Source of the DNA: a virus
IMG/VR virus record: IMGVR_UViG_3300006793_000017
Coordinates: 1 to 64,000 of that record
Direction: 5' to 3' (one strand)
DNA length: 64,000 nucleotides
Every line of letters starts with the position of its first letter. Position 1 is the stretch's first letter. Positions 58,035 to 64,000 of the stretch are shown one piece after another. The translations under genes and the position numbers were made by a program. Under the pieces are notes generated by a model that was given only the letters and a program-made list of their open reading frames with translations, was not told the origin of the DNA and did not search any database.

Positions 58035-58063
58035 TTGACAAGATAAATAAAGTTGCATATAAT
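58035..58063 (+). promoter_or_regulatory. consensus sigma70 promoter with nested late motif
   Basis: TTGACA-N17-TATAAT, with ATAAATA at 58043-58049 inside the spacer. Confidence 0.85.
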
Positions 58064-58120
58064 ATAACATATGCTTAGGCATGAAAGTGAAAACATATAA
58101 CAAGGCTATAGGAGGCACAA

Positions 58121-59128
58121 ATGGCATCACTCGCAGAAATAAGGGCTAAACTACAAGAGTCCAACAATCGTAACACTGGAAATTCTTCCGGTGGAGACAA
58201 CGCAATTTACCCACATTGGAATATGCAAGAAGGCAAAGAAGCAGTAATTCGTTTCTTACCTGACGCAGATCAATCTAATACGTTCTTTTGGGCAGAACGT
58301 GCAATGATTAAACTTCCGTTTGCTGGAGTAAAAGGCGACACTGACTCACGTCAGGTTATTGTACAAGTTCCATGTATGGAAATGTATAATGATGGAACAC
58401 CATGTCCGATCTTATCAGAAGTTCGACCATGGTTTAAAGATAAATCTTTAGAAGATATGGGACGTAAGTATTGGAAAAAACGTTCGTATGTATTCCAAGG
58501 GTTTGTTACTGAAGACCCGCTAAACGAAGAAAGTTCTCCGGAAAACCCAATCCGTAGATTTATTATTGGACCACAGATCTTCCAGATCATTAAAGGTGCA
58601 TTAATGGATCCTGAACTAGAAGAACTGCCAACAGATTATATGCGTGGCGTTGACTTTAGAGTTAAGAAAACTTCTAAAGGTGGCTATGCAGACTATTCTA
58701 CATCATCTTGGTCACGTAAAGAACGTGCATTAGATGACGCTGAAAAGGCAGCAATCGAAACGCATGGTCTTTACAACATGTCAGATTTCCTTCCAAAGAA
58801 ACCTGGTGAGGTTGAGTTAAAGGTTATGAAAGAGATGTTCGAAGCGTCAGTAGACGGTGAGGCATATGATATGGACCGTTGGGGTCAGTACTTTAAGCCA
58901 GCAGGTATGGCGTCACGTACTGGAGATCCTAACAAGGCATATACTCCAACAACACCAGCGGCTCCGGCAACACCGGCAGCAACTCCTGCAACTCCAGCAC
59001 CTGAAGCGGCTCCGGCAGCACCAGCGGCTGAGCCAGTAGCAGAAGCGGCACCAGCAGGTGAAGGCGATGGTTCTAACAGAGCGCAAGACATTCTTGCAAT
59101 GATTAGAAGTAGAAACGCTAGTAACTAA
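58121..59128 (+). CDS. gp32: single-stranded DNA-binding protein (gp32-like)
   Basis: IRFLPD, C.EM....CP, YWKKRSY, G.DF..KK and YADYS.S motifs plus a Pro/Ala linker tail; SD GGAGG. Confidence 0.88.
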   Translation: MASLAEIRAKLQESNNRNTGNSSGGDNAIYPHWNMQEGKEAVIRFLPDADQSNTFFWAERAMIKLPFAGVKGDTDSRQVIVQVPCMEMYNDGTPCPILSEVRPWFKDKSLEDMGRKYWKKRSYVFQGFVTEDPLNEESSPENPIRRFIIGPQIFQIIKGALMDPELEELPTDYMRGVDFRVKKTSKGGYADYSTSSWSRKERALDDAEKAAIETHGLYNMSDFLPKKPGEVELKVMKEMFEASVDGEAYDMDRWGQYFKPAGMASRTGDPNKAYTPTTPAAPATPAATPATPAPEAAPAAPAAEPVAEAAPAGEGDGSNRAQDILAMIRSRNASN

Positions 59129-59129
59129 T

Positions 59130-59204
59130 TGTGTATGTGGAAGTTCCGGCTAAAATCTCCGTTCGGTAACCAGCGAGATCTTCCACACCACACTTTAACA
59201 CATA
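59130..59204 (+). other. structured intergenic RNA element upstream of uvsX
   Basis: TGTGGAAG/CTTCCACA and ATCTC/GAGAT stems with an 11-nt bulge. Confidence 0.45.
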
Positions 59205-59216
59205 GGAAAGGTAATT

Positions 59217-60290
59217 ATGGCGAAAGCATTTGATATAAGTAAATTCAGAAAGACAATCACTAAGAGCATTGACGGACTTGGTATTGGCTTTAATGATCCA
59301 ACTGATTGGGTCAGCACAGGAAACTATGCACTAAACTATCTTGTAAGTGGTGACTTTAATAAAGGTGTTCCACTTGGTAAGGTAACAGTGTTTGCAGGTG
59401 AATCAGGTAGTGGTAAGAGTTACTTCTGTTCAGCAAACATTGTAAAGGCTGCACAAGAACAAGGCATCTTTGTAGTTCTTATTGACTCAGAGAACGCACT
59501 TGACGAAGCGTGGCTACAAGCACTTGACGTAGATACTTCAGAAGATAAACTACTTAAACTTAACATGTCAATGATTGATGACGTTGCTAAAACAGTATCA
59601 GAGTTCATGAAAGAATATCGTGATATGACTGAAGAAGAACGTCCTAAAGTATTATTTGTAATTGATTCGTTAGGTATGTTATTAACACCTACTGACGTTG
59701 ACCAATTCCAAAAAGGTGATATGAAAGGTGACATGGGTCGTAAGCCTAAGGCATTGACTGCACTTGTTCGTAACACAGTTAACATGATTGGTAGTTACAA
59801 TGTAGGTATGGTATGTACTAACCACACGTATGCATCACAGGATATGTTTGATCCAGATGATAAGATTAGCGGTGGACAAGGGTTTGTATATGCTTCTAGT
59901 ATTGTTGTAGCTATTAAGAAACTTAAACTTAAAGTAGACGCAGACGGTAACAAAACTTCACAAGTACATGGTATTAGAGCAGCGTGTAAGGTAATGAAAA
60001 CACGTTACAACAAACCATTTGAAAGTGTACAAGTTGAAATACCATACGAAACAGGCATGGATCCACACAGTGGGTTGATTGAATTGTTCGAAGCAAAAGG
60101 ATATCTTAAAAAGTCAGGTAATAGACTTGAGTATACAAGTCCAGCAACTGGCGAAGTTATGCTAGAATATCGAAAAGCATGGACTGGAGATAAATTACAG
60201 ATAATTATGGACGATATCATAAATACACCTGTAACAGAGACACCTGTCGAGGTCGACGAGGAAGTCTTCGAAGAACAACCAACTGAATAA
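59217..60290 (+). CDS. uvsX: UvsX RecA-like recombinase
   Basis: GESGSGKS P-loop, DSENA, VIDSLG, NHTY and SGG.G..Y motifs. Confidence 0.92.
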   Translation: MAKAFDISKFRKTITKSIDGLGIGFNDPTDWVSTGNYALNYLVSGDFNKGVPLGKVTVFAGESGSGKSYFCSANIVKAAQEQGIFVVLIDSENALDEAWLQALDVDTSEDKLLKLNMSMIDDVAKTVSEFMKEYRDMTEEERPKVLFVIDSLGMLLTPTDVDQFQKGDMKGDMGRKPKALTALVRNTVNMIGSYNVGMVCTNHTYASQDMFDPDDKISGGQGFVYASSIVVAIKKLKLKVDADGNKTSQVHGIRAACKVMKTRYNKPFESVQVEIPYETGMDPHSGLIELFEAKGYLKKSGNRLEYTSPATGEVMLEYRKAWTGDKLQIIMDDIINTPVTETPVEVDEEVFEEQPTE

Positions 60291-60304
60291 TGGAGTAGAA
60301 ATCT

Positions 60305-60559
60305 ATGCAATCTGATCTTATTGCTGACATTTGGAACGTAGTGTCAGAACATGTTCCTGAGAAGGAAAAACAAGAAGTAGCAAAAAACTTTGTTACTGCT
60401 TTAGTGGACCACGGAGTATCTGAAATTGCAATCAACGAACTCTTTGGTATTGACACATACTTGGATACTGCAATTGAGTATGTAACTGAAGACGAAGATG
60501 ACGGCGACACTAATTACGATGAAGACGTCGAAGATGCAATTTGGGACGATGAGGATTAA
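60305..60559 (+). CDS. hypothetical acidic protein
   Basis: 84 aa, SD GGAG, between uvsX and uvsY. Confidence 0.65.
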   Translation: MQSDLIADIWNVVSEHVPEKEKQEVAKNFVTALVDHGVSEIAINELFGIDTYLDTAIEYVTEDEDDGDTNYDEDVEDAIWDDED

Positions 60560-61015
60560 ATGAACTGGTACGATCAAGTTTCTAAAGATATTTCGAAGAT
60601 ACCTGCCGCTGTGCAGTACTACGAAGCAGAATTATTACAGGCTAAAAAAGAAACAAATGTTGTTGGACGTCTTGAAAAAGCATCAGCACAAATGCCTGCA
60701 ATTGTAGAAACTAGATTTGGTCAGTTACAAGAGATCGAAGCAATACTCGAATATTTAAACATTGAGCTTCGCCGTTTACGTAGCACACACTTTAGAAAAT
60801 ATGTTGAAAATTATCAACGTCAATTAAGTTCTAGAGATGCTGAAAAATTTGTAGATGGCGAAGCTGATGTTGTAGACTTTGAAAAAATTATTAACGAGTT
60901 TGCATTATTACGTAATAAATGGCTAGGCATTATCAAAGGACTAGACATTAAACAATGGCAAGTATCTAATATCGTCAAACTAAGAACAGCTGGTTTGGAC
61001 GACGCAACCATTTAA
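60560..61015 (+). CDS. uvsY: UvsY recombination mediator
   Basis: Helical 151 aa ending in 'K.LD.K.WQ..NIVKLR.AG'; near uvsX. Confidence 0.7.
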   Translation: MNWYDQVSKDISKIPAAVQYYEAELLQAKKETNVVGRLEKASAQMPAIVETRFGQLQEIEAILEYLNIELRRLRSTHFRKYVENYQRQLSSRDAEKFVDGEADVVDFEKIINEFALLRNKWLGIIKGLDIKQWQVSNIVKLRTAGLDDATI

Positions 61016-61037
61016 TTTTCTTTACATAAACTGCGCA

Positions 61038-61045
61038 TATAAATA
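61038..61045 (+). promoter_or_regulatory. full T4 late consensus TATAAATA
   Basis: Exact match, followed by 5 nt and then ATG. Confidence 0.75.
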
Positions 61046-61050
61046 CTAGT

Positions 61051-61833
61051 ATGAAAAGAATCGTACTAGTAACAGGCGGGTTTGATCCCTTACACAGTGG
61101 GCATATAGCCTATTTCAAAGCAGCCAAAGAACTTGGTAACGAGTTATGGGTTGGTGTTAACAGTGACGAATGGTTAACAAACAAAAAAGGCATGCCGTTT
61201 ATGCCTGTACAAGAAAGAATTGCTATTATTAAAGAACTTGCTGTAGTAGACAATGTTATTACATTTGATGATGATAAGGAAGGATCTGCATGTGGTGCAA
61301 TAGAAGTAGCACTTAAAACATCTGAAACAATGCATGACATGATAGTGTTTGCTAATGGCGGTGATAGAGGTGAAGGCAATTCACCAGAAGTAACAAAATT
61401 TGCTGACAACAAAAGAGTAGAATTTAAATTTGGTGTTGGCGGAACAGACAAAAAGAACAGTTCAAGTTGGATTTTAGGAGAATGGAAAACACCTAAAACA
61501 AAACGCAAATGGGGTTGGTATAGAGTATTAGATCATCAACCTGAAAACAATTTTAAAATTAAAGAATTAGTAATTGAGCCAGGTGCATGTCTTTCTGATC
61601 AAAGACACTTTCAAAGATCAGAACATTGGTATGTACTAAAAGGCAAAGTTAAAATGCAAACAGAGTGGAACAACATTAGTGATACTGTAGAGCTTTTACC
61701 CTTAACAAAAGGATATGATATTTCAGTAGGTACTTGGCATAAAGCAAGTAACCCCACAGATGATTTAACACACATACTAGAAGTTCAATACGGGGAAGCC
61801 TGTGTTGAAGAGGATATTGAAAGACGTGACTAA
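61051..61833 (+). CDS. cytidylyltransferase (HIGH family) fused to a mannose-6-phosphate-isomerase-type cupin
   Basis: TGGFDPLHSGH, NSD.WL..KKG, FANGGDR and K.NSSS; then R.WG.Y.VL, S.QRH..RSEHW, WH and EVQYG..C.EEDIER. Confidence 0.85.
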   Translation: MKRIVLVTGGFDPLHSGHIAYFKAAKELGNELWVGVNSDEWLTNKKGMPFMPVQERIAIIKELAVVDNVITFDDDKEGSACGAIEVALKTSETMHDMIVFANGGDRGEGNSPEVTKFADNKRVEFKFGVGGTDKKNSSSWILGEWKTPKTKRKWGWYRVLDHQPENNFKIKELVIEPGACLSDQRHFQRSEHWYVLKGKVKMQTEWNNISDTVELLPLTKGYDISVGTWHKASNPTDDLTHILEVQYGEACVEEDIERRD

Positions 61834-62635
61834 TTGGATTTTTGTAAGCAAGGGTAAAAAAGACCCTTATATAAATCGCTTTGCTAGAGGATGTAATCAA
61901 CCTGTTCAAGATTCAAACACGTTTGATTATGATGCTTCTGAAGATCCAATTGTATTACGAGGTATTCTAAAAAAGAAGTGGATGCATAGATGTTGGGAAG
62001 ATGGCAGAGATTTTTATTATATGGATACAGGATACTTTGGTAATGAAGTAAGTCCTAGTAATCCTAATGGTTGGAAATTTTGGCATCGTATTGTAAAGAA
62101 CAATCTACAACATAATAAACTAATTGACAGACCATCTCAGAGATTTGAAGGCTTCGGCAAAAAGTTTAGGCCATGGAATAAGAAAGGTAGAAAGATTCTT
62201 ATTGCAGCACCAGACGAAAAGCCTATGAAGTTTTATGATCTTGATTTAGAAGAGTGGTTAGCAGAAACTGTTAATACACTAAAACAACACACTGACAGAC
62301 CTATCGAAATTAGACAACGTAATAAACAAAGAGTAGATAGAATGCTACACAACACGCTAGAAGAAGCCTTAGACGACGATGTGTACGCTCTTGTTACATT
62401 TAATAGTAATGCAGCAGTTGAGAGTGTATTTCAGGGTATTCCGGTATTTACGTTAGCGCCTGTTAGTGCAGCAAACCCAGTCGGACTACAAGACTTATCA
62501 TTAATAGAAAAACCGTATTATCCAAGCAGTGATAAATTATTTGCTTGGGGCTGTCATTTAGCAGCAGGTCAATTTCACGACAGTGAACTACGCACAGGAA
62601 AAGCAAGAGCGTATTTGGAGGAACAATGGACTTAA
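61826..62635 (+). CDS. putative GT-B glycosyltransferase (capsule biosynthesis-like)
   Basis: YYMDTGYF and VTFNSNAAVES..QGIPVF motifs; probable GTG start overlapping the upstream stop. Confidence 0.5.
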   Translation: MTNWIFVSKGKKDPYINRFARGCNQPVQDSNTFDYDASEDPIVLRGILKKKWMHRCWEDGRDFYYMDTGYFGNEVSPSNPNGWKFWHRIVKNNLQHNKLIDRPSQRFEGFGKKFRPWNKKGRKILIAAPDEKPMKFYDLDLEEWLAETVNTLKQHTDRPIEIRQRNKQRVDRMLHNTLEEALDDDVYALVTFNSNAAVESVFQGIPVFTLAPVSAANPVGLQDLSLIEKPYYPSSDKLFAWGCHLAAGQFHDSELRTGKARAYLEEQWT

Positions 62636-63324
62636 AAGTATTCGTAGGATACGATACTAGAGAAGATATTGCATATCAAGTTTGCAGACACAGTATCTTA
62701 ACAAGAAATGAAAACGTATCAGTAACACCGTTAAAACAAAATGAATTAAGAGAACAAGGTTGGTATCATCGACCTGTAGATAAATTAGCGTCAACAGAAT
62801 TTACATTTACACGCTTTTTAGTACCAGAGCTTACAAACTTTGATGGCTGGGCATTGTTTTGTGATAGCGACATTATCTTTTTAACAGATATAAAAGAACT
62901 ATTTGATCAAGCAGATGACAAGTATGCAGTTATGTGTGTGCAACATGATTATACACCTAAGGAAGGTGTAAAAATGGACGGACAAAAACAAACTATATAC
63001 CCACGTAAAAATTGGTCAAGTGTAATTTTATACAACTGTGGACATCCTAGTAACAAAAAGATTACTATGGATCTTGTAAATGACCCTGCTATTACAGGTG
63101 CATACTTACATAGATTTAGTTGGTTAGATGACAGTGAAATTGGTGAGCTAGGTAAAGAATGGAATTGGTTAGTTGACTGGTATGAAGAAACAGAAGATAG
63201 TAAACCAAAAGCAATTCATTATACAGAAGGCGGACCTTGGTTTGACAATTATCGTAGATGCACTTACCATAAACAATGGAAAAGAGAATTATTTGAGATG
63301 ATGAAATTTAAGGTTAATCTTTAA
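62626..63324 (+). CDS. GT-A (GT8-like) glycosyltransferase
   Basis: FVGYD.RE, STEFTFTRFLVP, DxD (CDSD), YPRKNWSS and HYTEGGPW motifs. Confidence 0.8.
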   Translation: MDLKVFVGYDTREDIAYQVCRHSILTRNENVSVTPLKQNELREQGWYHRPVDKLASTEFTFTRFLVPELTNFDGWALFCDSDIIFLTDIKELFDQADDKYAVMCVQHDYTPKEGVKMDGQKQTIYPRKNWSSVILYNCGHPSNKKITMDLVNDPAITGAYLHRFSWLDDSEIGELGKEWNWLVDWYEETEDSKPKAIHYTEGGPWFDNYRRCTYHKQWKRELFEMMKFKVNL

Positions 63325-64000
63325 TGGACAAAATATCTCCTGAAGAAATATTGGTAGAAGGATCAGGCAACAAACTAACTGTTGAATCGTCTGAAACTGA
63401 AAAGCCAATGGTCATCAGAGGGGTAATCAAAAAACAACATGCTGATAACTGTGTAAAAGAGAACAGAGATTATTGGTATATTGATACTGGATACTTTGGA
63501 AACTTTCCTAGTCCAGGTAATAAAAAAGGTGGAAAGAAATGGCATCGTATTGTTAAAAACGAAAACCAACTTTCTACTTTTAGACCCAACATACCAAACG
63601 ATAGATGGAACATGTTAGTTGAAGATGATCCAAGACTAGTGTGGAAAGGATGGAAAAATTACGATAAGAAAATTCTTTTAGTAATGCCTAATCCTAAAGC
63701 ATGTGTTTGGTATGACATTGATTACGATAAATGGGTCAAACAAACTACAAAGACTATTAAAAAATACTGCGACTTACCTATTGAAGTAAGAGTAAAAGGT
63801 TCACGTACAGAACGTAACTTTGAATATTCAATATATGACGCATTTGAAACTGGTGTGTATGCTACTGTCGCAATGAATAGCATGGCAGCACTAGAATCAG
63901 TACTATACGGTGTACCAGCATTTGTAAGTGTTCCTTGTGCAGCATCACCGTTAGCCTCAACCGATCTGAGTCAGCTTAGTAATCCTTACAAACCTGAAGC
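63324..64000 (+). CDS. paralog of 61826..62635 (3'-truncated)
   Basis: Open frame from the ATG at 63324 (MDKISPEE...IRGVIKK...WYIDTGYFGN...WHRIVKN...MNSMAALESVLYGVPAF) to the window edge. Confidence 0.75.
   Translation, partial: MDKISPEEILVEGSGNKLTVESSETEKPMVIRGVIKKQHADNCVKENRDYWYIDTGYFGNFPSPGNKKGGKKWHRIVKNENQLSTFRPNIPNDRWNMLVEDDPRLVWKGWKNYDKKILLVMPNPKACVWYDIDYDKWVKQTTKTIKKYCDLPIEVRVKGSRTERNFEYSIYDAFETGVYATVAMNSMAALESVLYGVPAFVSVPCAASPLASTDLSQLSNPYKPE

Noticed and set aside
58940-59060. GC-richer repeat-like stretch at the end of gp32
   Set aside because: It encodes a Pro/Ala/Thr linker (APATPAATPATPAPEAAPAAP), which is protein-level low complexity rather than a separate element.
53697-60290. 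Intein or intron in the terminase or uvsX
   Set aside because: Both have ordinary lengths (529 and 357 aa) with contiguous motifs.
739-63569. Many antisense and alternate-frame ORFs in the track (e.g. 739..1251-, 13858..14358-, 46686..47144-, 61110..61508-)
   Set aside because: They lie wholly within long genes with recognisable motifs, lack SD or promoter signals, and reflect codon-bias shadows.
1-64000. Stop-codon reassignment, tRNAs, CRISPR arrays
   Set aside because: Core genes are full length in the standard code and end in TAA, TAG or TGA. Intergenic gaps are short and show no cloverleaf or repeat-spacer pattern by eye.

Overview
The window is an AT-rich segment of a large T4-like (myovirus) phage genome using the standard genetic code. 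No tRNA, rRNA, CRISPR array or IS element was seen. From left to right: (i) a tail-fibre/virion block (1-19.7 kb) with two giant paralogous proteins (1862 and 2608 aa) and three tandem Gly/His-rich tip-like proteins; (ii) a ~15 kb convergent enzyme island (19.8-34.6 kb) encoding 4 tryptophan-halogenase-family flavoenzymes, 12 2OG-Fe(II)/JmjC oxygenase-fold proteins (one apparently inactive) and an uncalled 52-aa ORF where the two arms meet; (iii) two more fibre-like proteins flanking an S8 protease, one ending in a cupredoxin-like domain; (iv) T4-like core genes: gp15, gp14, gp13, dNMP kinase, sheath, tube, gp4, small and large terminase, gp32, uvsX, uvsY; (v) the start of a cytidylyltransferase/glycosyltransferase cluster. 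The best candidate for an undescribed system is the halogenase/oxygenase island. It is preceded by late-promoter motifs and sits next to the His-rich tip proteins, so it may tailor virion proteins. A second pattern is directly visible: ten genes start exactly 5 nt after a TAA(A/G)TA late-promoter motif, implying leaderless late mRNAs. All family assignments come from motif recognition by eye, not from database searches.
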